A DNA stretch of 64,000 nucleotides from an uncultured delta proteobacterium (GTDB taxonomy: Bacteria > Myxococcota > Myxococcia > Myxococcales > Myxococcaceae): positions 320,001 through 384,000 of the forward strand of contig CAVQKE010000001.1 of the NCBI GenBank assembly GCA_963713045.1, in the 5' to 3' direction. This document shows positions 29,417 through 38,353 of the stretch, in pieces. The notes beneath the pieces were generated by a model. The model was not told the origin of the DNA. It did not search any database and saw nothing but the letters and a program-made list of their open reading frames with translations. The translations under genes and the position numbers were made by a program. Every line of letters begins with the position of its first letter. The first letter of the stretch is position 1.

Positions 29417-30523
29417 TTGCGGACGCTCCGCGCCGTTCTCGCCGCCCTGCGCAAAGGCTTTTCTGACTGGCAGACGCTGCTCGTCCTCCTCTGTGTGACG
29501 CTGGTCTGCGCCCTCATCGCTGTCGCCCCGGACCTCGGGGTGCTGTGGAGGTTTTACAGCCATGCGCCTCTGGCAGAGGGAAGGCCCCTGCGCTCCATGG
29601 AGTTGCTGTTCGGTATGCGTCAGGCCTTTCCTCCGGGGGACGGCCCGCTCCGTCCGCTGAGCCTGGCCAGGCTGGGAACCTCCAGCGTGACCCTGTTGGT
29701 GGCACTGTCCCTGACGCTGCTGGCAACCGGCGGCGTGGTGTGGCGCGCCTGGACGGTGGACGCTTTTCGTCTGGTGGACTTCACCGTGGAAAGCGCTCGG
29801 ATGTTTGGCCGGGTGGTCCGGACTCTGCTGGTCAGCCTTCCCCTGCTTTTGGCCTGTGGCGCCGTCGCTGCCGCCACCGGTGCGCTTCTGCATGCAGCGC
29901 ACCGGGATTCGGTGTTTACGGTGCCGTGGACGGCGTGGCTATTGGAGCGCCCCCTCGGCAGTTGGGCGGTGGCCCATTTGGGCCTGCTGGCTGTTCTCTT
30001 TGCGCTGTGGAGACTGACGTTGGACGCCTCGCGCGTCCTGGTGCTGGTCGAAGAATTGGCCCAGACGCACCAGGCCGTCTGGCGGGCATTTTGGCTGGTG
30101 GTTCGCTCCCCCGGCGCCTGGGCGGCGTACACCCTGCTCGGTGTGGCCGAGGTGTGCACGGTGCTGTGGGTGATGCGCCTGCAGGCAGCCCTTCCGGAGG
30201 GGAACACCGCGCTGGCGCTGCTTGCACTGTTGGTGGGACAGCTGGTGGTGGTGGTCCGGGCGGGCTTTCAGGTTTCGAGCACCGTTTTCGCCGCGGACCT
30301 GGTCCGGCAGGCCCGAACCCTCCGTGCCTCGGCAGCGCTGCCTAGCGTCGCCGCTGCGGCCGCAGCGTCCGTCGCTCCGGACGTTGCCGCGCCCGAAAAC
30401 GAGCCCTTCGAGCTACTCACTGCGAAGGAGCCCCCGCGCACCGGCTCGACCTCGGAGATGCCGCTGGTCGATGCGGACCTCATCGACGAGGAGCCCGGCG
30501 GCGGAGGTCCACCCAAGCGCTAA
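29417..30523 (+). CDS. Hypothetical multi-pass membrane protein with an acidic tail
   Basis: About 6 hydrophobic segments; 15 nt after the M1 gene; TTG start. Confidence 0.7.
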   Translation: MRTLRAVLAALRKGFSDWQTLLVLLCVTLVCALIAVAPDLGVLWRFYSHAPLAEGRPLRSMELLFGMRQAFPPGDGPLRPLSLARLGTSSVTLLVALSLTLLATGGVVWRAWTVDAFRLVDFTVESARMFGRVVRTLLVSLPLLLACGAVAAATGALLHAAHRDSVFTVPWTAWLLERPLGSWAVAHLGLLAVLFALWRLTLDASRVLVLVEELAQTHQAVWRAFWLVVRSPGAWAAYTLLGVAEVCTVLWVMRLQAALPEGNTALALLALLVGQLVVVVRAGFQVSSTVFAADLVRQARTLRASAALPSVAAAAAASVAPDVAAPENEPFELLTAKEPPRTGSTSEMPLVDADLIDEEPGGGGPPKR

Positions 30524-30539
30524 GCCCTGCGCTTCGGCG

Positions 30540-31733
30540 CTACACCAACAACGGCAGCTTGCCGGTGAGGTAGTCGCGCGCCACCACCCCGAGGTGCACC
30601 TCGTCCGGCCCGTCGGCAATTCGCGCGGCGCGGGCACTTCGGTACCACAGGGCGAAGGGCACGTCCTCGCTGTAGCCAAGCGCACCATGCATTTGAATGG
30701 CGTCGTCCAGCACCTTGCACAGCGTGCGCGCGACGTGCGTCTTGGCAATGGACGCATAGGGCCGGGCCTCCTTGGTCCGCCCCTGGGCCAGGAGCCACGC
30801 GCAGTGCCAGGTCATGAGGTTGCCGGCATGGACCGCGGTGGCGCCGTCGAAAAGCATGGCCTGCATCGCCTGGTGTTGGGCCAGGAGCTTTCCGAAGCTG
30901 ACCCGGGTGGTGAGGTAGGCCTTGCACAACTCCAGCGTGCGGTCAGCAAGTCCGAGCCAGCGCATGCAGTGGGTCAGCCGCGCCGGGATGAGGCGCGCCT
31001 GAGCCAGCGCAAAGCCCTCCCCCAGCTGACCGAGGATGGCCTCCTCGGTCACCTGCACGCCCTCGAAGTGAAACTCCGCCTCGCGGTGGGCCAACAGGTC
31101 CGGCCCCAGCGTCCGGATGTCGCGTACGTGGGTCACTCCGGGCGCGCTGCGCTCGACGATGAAGAGGGTGGCCCCGGTTCGCGGGTCGTCCGAGGTGCGC
31201 GCCATGACGATGAGGAAGGAAGCGCGCCCGCCGCCGGTGGAGTACCACTTGTGCCCGTCGATGCGCCAAGTGTTGCCGTCGCGCACCGCCCGCGTCCGGA
31301 GGTTGGAGGGGTCGGCGCCGGCGCCGGGCGCCGGCTCCGTCATACAAAACGCGGACGTTATCTCCGCGCTGGCCAGAGGACTTAGCCAACGTTCTCGGAG
31401 CGCGGCATTGGCCTGGTGAAGCAGCAAGTCCATGTTCCCCTGGTCCGGAGCGTCACAGTTGAAAACGCGGGCACCGACCGGAGAGCGGCCCATCTCTCGA
31501 AAAAGCGTGCACATCCCGAGGATGCCAAGCCCTCGGCCCCCATATTCCGCCGGCAGGTGTGGGACGAAGAGTCCCGCCTGACGGGCCTGCTGCTGCAGCG
31601 CCTTGAGTGAGGCGTCCCCTCCAGCCGCATCCTCTTGGATGACGTCGTTCTCCTTGGGCAGGACGCGAGCCTCCATGAAGGTCCGGATTTCCTGTCGCAG
31701 GGCAGCGAGCTCAGCGGGGAGTGCGAAGTCCAT
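30540..31733 (-). CDS. Acyl-CoA dehydrogenase (ACAD10/11, LvaC-like)
   Basis: APDQGNM, AFCMTEP..GAGADP, AQARL and ARIADGPDEVH motifs. Confidence 0.93.
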   Translation of the reverse strand: MDFALPAELAALRQEIRTFMEARVLPKENDVIQEDAAGGDASLKALQQQARQAGLFVPHLPAEYGGRGLGILGMCTLFREMGRSPVGARVFNCDAPDQGNMDLLLHQANAALRERWLSPLASAEITSAFCMTEPAPGAGADPSNLRTRAVRDGNTWRIDGHKWYSTGGGRASFLIVMARTSDDPRTGATLFIVERSAPGVTHVRDIRTLGPDLLAHREAEFHFEGVQVTEEAILGQLGEGFALAQARLIPARLTHCMRWLGLADRTLELCKAYLTTRVSFGKLLAQHQAMQAMLFDGATAVHAGNLMTWHCAWLLAQGRTKEARPYASIAKTHVARTLCKVLDDAIQMHGALGYSEDVPFALWYRSARAARIADGPDEVHLGVVARDYLTGKLPLLV

Positions 31734-31735
31734 GG

Positions 31736-32131
31736 TTAGCCCTCGATGTCCGGTGAGGTGTCAAAGCGCGGACTGAGCACGCCGAGCGCGTCGGCGAGCG
31801 TTGTACGCAGGTGAGCCCGCAGGCCGGCGTCGTCTGACGGGTGCTCCCCGCGACGGAGGCGCTCCGCCAGTGCCGCGTTGAGGGCGCGCAGCTCTGTCGC
31901 CGTTTCAGCCGAGACAACCGGAAGCTCGGGGAGGAGGGCACGCAGCCGACGCAGCTCCGCTTCGGCGTGGGGTCGGCGCGCCTCTAGCTCGGCGGCAAGG
32001 GTGGCGGCAAGATGCGCAGCGATGAGGACCCGAAATGCGAGCCGCTTGTCGGCGAGCGCCGGCTGCACCTCTTCGAGCAGAAAGCGCGAGAGCGCTTCCA
32101 GGACTGCGCGGGGGGAGGGACGCTCTTGCAT
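31736..32131 (-). CDS. Small helical protein (DUF6285/LvaB-like)
   Basis: MQERP..LEALSRFL..EVQP and LNAALAERLR..HLR pattern; lies between the phosphotransferase and ACAD genes. Confidence 0.75.
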   Translation of the reverse strand: MQERPSPRAVLEALSRFLLEEVQPALADKRLAFRVLIAAHLAATLAAELEARRPHAEAELRRLRALLPELPVVSAETATELRALNAALAERLRRGEHPSDDAGLRAHLRTTLADALGVLSPRFDTSPDIEG

Positions 32132-32138
32132 GGCTTGC

Positions 32139-33155
32139 TTACCTTTCCTGCTCCAGCAGGCGCAGCGCCTCCCACTCCATTTCCGGAGCCCGGCGAGCGA
32201 TGGCGACGTATTCCAAGTCAGACTCCTCGCCGGACAAGTAGCGCTCGCCTTGGTGCGCGCTGCCGGCCGCCCAGCGCACATTTCCCATCACTTCCCACCA
32301 GTGCACCATCCGCAGGTCGAGCTGGGTTCCGCTGGCACGCGCATAGGCCTCGACGAAGGCCTCCCGGGTCGCTAGCCCCCCCGCCGGCAAGGCGTTTTGG
32401 CCGAATCGCCAATCGCGCACACACAACCAGCCGATGTCCTCGGCCGGCGTTCCCCACCGCGCGAATTCCCAGTCCAGGACGGCCGCCAGGCCCTCGGTGG
32501 TGACGAGGAAATTTCCTGTGCGGAAATCTCCATGCAGCAAGCACGTCGAGGCCTGCTCTGGAGCGTGCGCGACCAGCCAGCCAAAGGCGTACTCCAGTGC
32601 CGGGTGCGGCTCCTGAAGTCCGTCCAGCATCCCCCGGACGAAGCGGAGGCCGCCCAGCACTGGGCCGTCAGCCACCTGCCGCAGAGGGAGGGCAGGAGCG
32701 CTGCCGGGGCGAATGCTGTGCACCCGGGCCAGCGCCCACGCCAATTCCTCGGGAAGGCGCTCGCGGGCGCGAACCAGCTCGGGTGCCTTCACCACCCGGC
32801 GGCCAATGGCCTCTCCGTCAACCCAATCCATGAAGTAGGCCCAGGCGCCGGGGCGGACCAGACCCTCAGTCAGGTGGTGGACGGCCGGGGTGGGAACATC
32901 GGCGGCGCGCGCCGCCTCCACCACTGCAAACTCCTCGCGCCTGCCAAGGCTAGCCGGCAGCGGCAGGCGGGCGTCGCTGCGCAGAACCAGGCGCATCGGG
33001 CCGCGGGCGGTGGAGAGCTCCACTCGGTGCATGTCCTGGCAGGCGCCGCCGGCCAGAGGGGCCATCGCCAGCACCTGGACGTCCTTGCCCCGGGCGCCTT
33101 GCAGGAAAGCCTCGACGCGACTGGCGAGCGCCTTGTCGTGCAGCGGAGCGGCCAC
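32139..33155 (-). CDS. APH/choline-kinase family phosphotransferase (ACAD10 N-terminal/LvaA-like)
   Basis: LAGGA, LVLR, HGDFRTGN, VLDWEF and RDWRFG motifs; GTG start inferred. Confidence 0.9.
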   Translation of the reverse strand: MAAPLHDKALASRVEAFLQGARGKDVQVLAMAPLAGGACQDMHRVELSTARGPMRLVLRSDARLPLPASLGRREEFAVVEAARAADVPTPAVHHLTEGLVRPGAWAYFMDWVDGEAIGRRVVKAPELVRARERLPEELAWALARVHSIRPGSAPALPLRQVADGPVLGGLRFVRGMLDGLQEPHPALEYAFGWLVAHAPEQASTCLLHGDFRTGNFLVTTEGLAAVLDWEFARWGTPAEDIGWLCVRDWRFGQNALPAGGLATREAFVEAYARASGTQLDLRMVHWWEVMGNVRWAAGSAHQGERYLSGEESDLEYVAIARRAPEMEWEALRLLEQER

Positions 33156-33255
33156 GGCTTCGCTCTCTAGCCCGGCGGCGCGCGGGCTGCCACGCCCGAA
33201 GGGCGTTTGTCTCTCCCTGGCGGAGCTGCGGCCGAGGCGCCGCGCTTTTGTCGGC

Positions 33256-34530
33256 TTACAGAGCCACGCGGAAGCCCACGCGCGCGCCACCTTCGGGGCG
33301 ATTTTCCGCAAAGGCCTCGCCCCCGTGCGCCTCGGCGATGCGCCGCACCAGCGCCAATCCCAGCCCGAGTCCGGCTTGCTCCCCTTGCTTGGACGTCGTT
33401 CCCCGCCGAAAGGGTTGAAACAGCGCTGCCTGCTCGGCCACCGCGAAACCGGGGCCTTTGTCCTCGACGGAGAAGACGAGAGAGCTAGCCTCCTCCGTCA
33501 GGTGAAGGGCGGTCACACCCCCTCCGTGGCGGGTGGCGTTTTCTAGGAGGTTCGCCAGCGCGCGTCCGAGGAGGGTGGGGTCTCCCTGGAAGTTCCGCCT
33601 CACGGCCTCAACGCGGAGAAGTGTCGGCGGGAGCCCGGCGCGCTCCAGCGCGCGCGCCGCCACGTCCCGGCCGTCCAGCATCACCCGGCTAACGGCGGCA
33701 AAGTCCATCCTGGCGCTGGCCAGCAACTCCCCCACCAGTCGGTCCATCTCCAACACTTCGCCTTCCACTTCATCCAGCGTGCGAGAGAATTCGACTCCAC
33801 TCCGGCCGAGTTCGAGGAGCAGCCGCACCCGGGAAAGCGGCGTGCGCAACTCGTGGGAAACGCCGGCCAACAGCTCTCGCTGGTCCCGCAGCTGGCGCTC
33901 GATGCGGCCGGCCATCTCGTTCATCACGTTGGCTAGCTCGCGGATTTCACCCTTGCCGCGCACCTCGGCGCGGGTGGACAGACGCCCCTCGCCCAGCGCC
34001 CGCGCCACCCGGGTGAGCTCGGCCACCGGACGCGCAATGCCGCGGGCGACACGGCCCGCCGCTGCCCACAGCATGCCGAAGATGAGGAAGAGGACCAGAA
34101 GCAGTGGCCACCACTGACGGGGATGGCCGGTGTCGACGCGCACGTAGCCCACCAGCGCGCCATCCCGTTCCACCGGCGCCACAATGTCGCTACGGACGAA
34201 GCGAGGCCCATAGCTGGCCAGGCCTTCGTGGTTCGCATCCTCCAAGCGCACCGACCAGCGCAGCCCGTCGGCGAGGTGCGCTGCCCAAGCCGCCCGTTCC
34301 TCCGGGCTTTCCCACACCTGGGCAGCTTGCCAGGAGAGAAGCTCGACCGGGCCCTGGAGCCGGCTGCGTGTCCCCTCGAAGCGCCACAGGCCGGAAAACA
34401 CCAGTGTCACCACCAGGCCGGTCGCGAAAATGGACGCGCCAAACCAGAGGAAAAGCCGCCGCTGGAGGCGCATCCGGCCATGCCAGTGCCGGTGGTGGCC
34501 TTCCCAAGGAGAGTGGTGGTGCCGGCGCAC
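33256..34530 (-). CDS. HAMP sensor histidine kinase with a His-rich N-terminus
   Basis: VSHELRTPL, NLLENA, DKGPG and GLGLGL; two TM segments; begins RRHHHSPWEGHHRHWH. Confidence 0.93.
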   Translation of the reverse strand: MRRHHHSPWEGHHRHWHGRMRLQRRLFLWFGASIFATGLVVTLVFSGLWRFEGTRSRLQGPVELLSWQAAQVWESPEERAAWAAHLADGLRWSVRLEDANHEGLASYGPRFVRSDIVAPVERDGALVGYVRVDTGHPRQWWPLLLVLFLIFGMLWAAAGRVARGIARPVAELTRVARALGEGRLSTRAEVRGKGEIRELANVMNEMAGRIERQLRDQRELLAGVSHELRTPLSRVRLLLELGRSGVEFSRTLDEVEGEVLEMDRLVGELLASARMDFAAVSRVMLDGRDVAARALERAGLPPTLLRVEAVRRNFQGDPTLLGRALANLLENATRHGGGVTALHLTEEASSLVFSVEDKGPGFAVAEQAALFQPFRRGTTSKQGEQAGLGLGLALVRRIAEAHGGEAFAENRPEGGARVGFRVAL

Positions 34531-34539
34531 GGAGAGGTT

Positions 34540-35223
34540 TCAGGCTTCCCGCGCGAGCACGTAGCCGACGCCGCGGACTGTCTTGATGCGGCGAGGGGAA
34601 CGCGGGTCATCGCCCAGCTTCGCGCGCAGGTGCGAGATGTGGACGTCCACGGTGCGCTCGCCCACCACCACGTCGGAACGGCCGGCCTCGGCCAGCAGGG
34701 CATCCCGGGGAACCACCCGCCCCGGACGGCGCATGAGGGCAATGAGAATGTCGAACTCGATGCCCGTTAGCTCAACCGCCTGCCCGGCCACCTGGACCTC
34801 CCGGGTGCCGACGTCGGCGCTGACGTCCCCCACTGCCAAGCGCTCAGCGATGGCTTCTGGCTTGCTTCGCCTCAGCACGGCGCGGAGCCGAGCCAGCAAC
34901 TCGCGCGGACTGAAGGGCTTCGGGACGTAGTCATCGGCGCCGATTTCTAGACCCACCACACGGTCCGTCTCATCGCCCCGAGCGGTGAGCATCAGCACCG
35001 GCACGCTGCTCTTGCTGCGGATGCGTCGGACGACTTCCAGGCCGTCCATGCCGGGCATCATCACGTCCAGGAGAACGGCATCAAACGTACCGGACTGGAG
35101 CAGCTGTAGCCCCACGGCCCCATCCCCAGCGGCCACCACCGAAACGCCATTTTGCTCCAGGAACGTCTTGAGCAGTTCCTGGAGCCGGCGGTCATCGTCA
35201 ATCAGCAGCACCCGGACGGACAT
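34540..35223 (-). CDS. OmpR/CpxR-family response regulator
   Basis: LLIDDD, LLDVMMP, GADDYVPKPF, RTVDVHISHLR and KTVRGVGY motifs. Confidence 0.96.
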   Translation of the reverse strand: MSVRVLLIDDDRRLQELLKTFLEQNGVSVVAAGDGAVGLQLLQSGTFDAVLLDVMMPGMDGLEVVRRIRSKSSVPVLMLTARGDETDRVVGLEIGADDYVPKPFSPRELLARLRAVLRRSKPEAIAERLAVGDVSADVGTREVQVAGQAVELTGIEFDILIALMRRPGRVVPRDALLAEAGRSDVVVGERTVDVHISHLRAKLGDDPRSPRRIKTVRGVGYVLAREA

Positions 35224-35236
35224 GGGGTGCCCGAAC

Positions 35237-35452
35237 TTACCAGTCCGGAGCGCCGTCTGGGCTGGGCCAGGGGCTACGGCCCGGAGCCGGGGGCACCTGT
35301 CCGCTCCGCGCTGCGTCCACGCAAATTTCAGCGACGTGGCGCTCGAACGCCGCCCGCCGCGCCCAATGGCGCCAGCGGAGCTGATGGACGCCGGAGGCAA
35401 AGCCAAAAATGGCACCGACGGCGAGAAGGAAAGCAAGCATTCTGGTTCGCAT
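35237..35452 (-). CDS. Small (71 aa) membrane or secreted protein
   Basis: AGAGGA RBS, N-terminal hydrophobic segment, operon position. Confidence 0.7.
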   Translation of the reverse strand: MRTRMLAFLLAVGAIFGFASGVHQLRWRHWARRAAFERHVAEICVDAARSGQVPPAPGRSPWPSPDGAPDW

Positions 35453-35463
35453 CGGCGTCCTCT

Positions 35464-35991
35464 CTAGACATTCCAACGGCCGCGGCCGGGGGTGCGCTCG
35501 AGGAAGTCAGCGAGCGCGGCACGCTGGCGCCCGTCGAGGACGTCGTGGACACGCGCGCCTTGAGTCACCAGCACGTCGCGGACCACCTTGATGCGCTCAT
35601 CGTGTCGCCCGAAGGCGGCTCTCAGCGCGTCGACGTCGAATGGCTCGGCCCGAAAGGCGCGAGCGAGGTCTCCCCGCGACTGCTCCCACTCGCCGCGGAG
35701 GCTCTCCAACGCACCCGCCACCGCGTCGGCCGCGTCGGCCAACACGGTTTCCTGCGCAGGTGAAGTCCCAAGCCGTTCATAAACCCAACGGAGCATCCGC
35801 CGCGCGCGGCTCGGACCGCCGAATCCCGGCCCGCCACCTCGGCCACCCCACGACTCCTCGTCTCGCCAACCTCGCCGGCCTTCGCCGTAAAAGCCCCGGC
35901 GCCAATGGCCATGGTGGCCGAAGGCATAGGAGCGCCGGAGAACGAAAACCATTCCGGCAACGCACATTGCACCAAAGAAAAAGCCAAACAT
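35464..35991 (-). CDS. Spy/CpxP/ZraP-like (metal_resist) helical protein
   Basis: AGGAG RBS, N-terminal hydrophobic segment, G/R/H-rich linker and two LTxxQ-like motifs (LGTSPAQE, VLDGRQR). Confidence 0.8.
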   Translation of the reverse strand: MFGFFFGAMCVAGMVFVLRRSYAFGHHGHWRRGFYGEGRRGWRDEESWGGRGGGPGFGGPSRARRMLRWVYERLGTSPAQETVLADAADAVAGALESLRGEWEQSRGDLARAFRAEPFDVDALRAAFGRHDERIKVVRDVLVTQGARVHDVLDGRQRAALADFLERTPGRGRWNV

Positions 35992-36096
35992 CTGCACCAC
36001 TCCTTGCAAGGCCGGCTGACCGGTCCATCCGGTCCAAGTGCCGTCCTTCGTCACAAGGAGCTAAAGGCCCACTGTGAAGGCTGGGCACCCCCGGCG

Positions 36097-36111
36097 GTGA
36101 AGAAATGCAAA
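36097..36111. promoter_or_regulatory. CpxR-box-like direct repeat GTGAA-N5-GCAAA upstream of the cpxP-like operon
   Basis: One mismatch per half-site to GTAAA-N5-GTAAA, about 105 nt upstream of ATG 35991. Confidence 0.5.
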
Positions 36112-36113
36112 GC

Positions 36114-37262
36114 TCATTGGGGCAGCTCGAGGCCCCGCCACAGGTACCAGCTGGCAACGCTGCGAAAGGGTCTCCACCGCCATCCGCGCCGCTGCAGCTC
36201 ACGCGTTGAAGGCAAGCGTCCTTTGCCAAAGGCGCGGGCATATCCCTTGCGAATGCCGAGGTCCCCCAACGGGAGGACGTCCGGCCGGCCAAGCCGAAAG
36301 AGGAGAAGCATCTCCACCGTCCACCGGCCAATTCCGTGGATTTCCGTCAGCGTTGAGACGATGCGCTCGTCCGGCCATTTGCGCAGCACCGCCCAAGAGG
36401 GCACCCCCCCCGCCAGAGTGCGGGCCGCTAAGTCGCGAAAGGCGCGTGCCTTTCCGGCCGACAGACCGGCAGCCCGCAGTTTCGCGTCGGACGCCTGTCG
36501 GATGCGTCCCGGTGGCGGGACTCCCGGCGTTCCGAATTCCGACGCGAGCCGCGCCAGAATCGCCTCGGCCGCCCGCCCGGAGATTTGCTGCCCGATGATG
36601 GAGCGCGCCAGCGCCTGGTAAGGCGACAAACCGCGCCGCTGCGTCAGCCGGTAGGGGCCCACCCTACCCATCAGCTCGCCGAGTACCGGGTCTTGCTGTC
36701 GAAGGTGCGCGAGGGCCTCCTCCACCCGCGCTGGAGCCGGCGTCCCCTCCGCGACGTGGAGTGCTGGGTGCGCCATGGACTCAAGGCCCAAGAGACGCTC
36801 GTGGAGGACCTCTCCGCCGCCCCAGGCACCGAGCAGCCCCGCCGGTCCAAGCAGACGGTGGCTGGGAAGCAGGACCGGCAGCGGGTTTCGGGCCAACAGG
36901 CGGCGGATTTTGGGCCAGCCGCCGGCGTGCGGAACAAGGGCAGCCAACGCCTCTGTCTCGACGGTGGCCCCCGGCGCCGTCGCACGGAGCGCTTCGGCCA
37001 GGCCGCTGAGGGAGGCAGACGCCCCGGCGAGGTCGAGCGGCACGCGACTCAGGTCCCGCGGCCGCCCGGAGAGGTGCGCGGCAAGAAGACTCACGGCCTC
37101 CCGGACAAAGGGGGGAGCTCGCCTGCTCTCGACGACGCCCCTGCTGGCCAGTAGGTCCCGACGCGCCTTGGCCGTCTGTCCAAAGGCGAGCCGCCGGATG
37201 CCGGCCTCACTCCACTCCACGACGCACAACCCGAGCGGCGTGTCCTCAAGGAGGAAGGCCAT
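36114..37262 (-). CDS. Fusion of a degenerate Ogt-like alkyltransferase domain (PSHR) and an AlkA-type DNA-3-methyladenine glycosylase
   Basis: N-terminus TPLG...RNPLPVLLPSHRL; C-terminus IIGQQIS, HhH IHGIGRWT, RPDVLP.GD and WRPFRS. Confidence 0.88.
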   Translation of the reverse strand: MAFLLEDTPLGLCVVEWSEAGIRRLAFGQTAKARRDLLASRGVVESRRAPPFVREAVSLLAAHLSGRPRDLSRVPLDLAGASASLSGLAEALRATAPGATVETEALAALVPHAGGWPKIRRLLARNPLPVLLPSHRLLGPAGLLGAWGGGEVLHERLLGLESMAHPALHVAEGTPAPARVEEALAHLRQQDPVLGELMGRVGPYRLTQRRGLSPYQALARSIIGQQISGRAAEAILARLASEFGTPGVPPPGRIRQASDAKLRAAGLSAGKARAFRDLAARTLAGGVPSWAVLRKWPDERIVSTLTEIHGIGRWTVEMLLLFRLGRPDVLPLGDLGIRKGYARAFGKGRLPSTRELQRRGWRWRPFRSVASWYLWRGLELPQ

Positions 37263-37264
37263 GC

Positions 37265-38353
37265 TTAGGGTGGGGACACGAGGCGCTCGGCGTCGTGCAT
37301 CAGGCCTTCGGCGCGTCCCACCACCCGCATCCACCCGACGGAATGCTCGCTGCGGGCAAACCAGGCATTCTGAGCGCGGGCCAGCTCGACGAAGCCAAGG
37401 GACTGGGCCCCCCGGAGAAAGTCCACTCGAAGTTCAACGTGCGGCTCCCCCTCCAGCGGAACCTCTCCGCGGCCCAGCACATCCGTCGGGACCGTCTTGT
37501 TGAGCCGGTCCAGCCACCCTTGGGCATAGACGTCTGGCGTGTCGGTGTGCGCGTCGGCGTACACCTTGGTCGTCGTTCCCACGCGCTTCTGGACGAGCGT
37601 CCGGGATTGCGTTCCAAGGTGCACCGTCACCCGGTCTGCGTCTTCGGGACGGAAAGCGTGCACCCGCCGGTCGACCAGCCGGCTGGAGCCGGCGGAGAGG
37701 TCCTGGACCAGCGTCCCGCCGAGGACGAAGACGCGCCCGTCCGACGTCCGTAGGTAAGAAGCACCGGTCCCGACCGGCGTGGACACCTCGAAACTCAAGT
37801 GCTTGGCCTCGGTCCAGACTTCCAATCGGCGCAGCCCGCTCTGTAGCCCCAGCTCTCGGACCTTGGCGGCGTCTGGGACGCCCAGCGACCGGGTCGCGGT
37901 GAACGGCGAAAACTGGCCGAGAAGCTTTTCGGCGGCTTCGTTGCCCCGGAGCTCCCGGTCCGGTGCTGGAGGCGCAAGCTCGACGGCGGCGGGGCCGCCG
38001 TCAGCCCGGGCGCCGGCGTCGGCGCGTGTCCCCCCATCCAATGCGTGAGCGGGTGGCGCGCCCGCGTCCAGCGCAGGACGTACGCCTCCGTCCGCGCCCG
38101 CGTCCGGGGCGAGAAGCGAGGGGCTACGGGCGACGTGCACCCAGACCCCAGGCTCCCCCCGGTGCACGCGCTGGACCTCCACCAGGTGCGTCCCGTCGTC
38201 CCAGACGACGCGCTCGACGGAGCCAGCTGGCACATCAGCAATCACGACTCCACCGGGCGTCGTGGACTCGGGTCCGTGGAGCCAGACGGCCGCGGCGAGC
38301 GCCAGCGTTCCGGCCGCGATGGCCCCGTGCACCGCTGCGCTTCGGGCCTTCAA
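37265..38353 (-). CDS. DUF4340-like exported protein
   Basis: TTG start overlaps the upstream stop; N-terminal TM; position after the GldG-like gene; LVDRRV pattern. Confidence 0.7.
   Translation of the reverse strand: MKARSAAVHGAIAAGTLALAAAVWLHGPESTTPGGVVIADVPAGSVERVVWDDGTHLVEVQRVHRGEPGVWVHVARSPSLLAPDAGADGGVRPALDAGAPPAHALDGGTRADAGARADGGPAAVELAPPAPDRELRGNEAAEKLLGQFSPFTATRSLGVPDAAKVRELGLQSGLRRLEVWTEAKHLSFEVSTPVGTGASYLRTSDGRVFVLGGTLVQDLSAGSSRLVDRRVHAFRPEDADRVTVHLGTQSRTLVQKRVGTTTKVYADAHTDTPDVYAQGWLDRLNKTVPTDVLGRGEVPLEGEPHVELRVDFLRGAQSLGFVELARAQNAWFARSEHSVGWMRVVGRAEGLMHDAERLVSPP
37992..38112 (-). repeat. DAG/DGG low-complexity peptide repeat inside the DUF4340-like gene
   Basis: PDAGADGG..LDAG..LDGG..ADAG..ADGG; boundaries approximate. 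Confidence 0.6.

Noticed and set aside
33192..33206. 6-bp hairpin between the kinase and phosphotransferase genes as a terminator
   Set aside because: Short stem with no U-tract on the transcribed (minus) strand.
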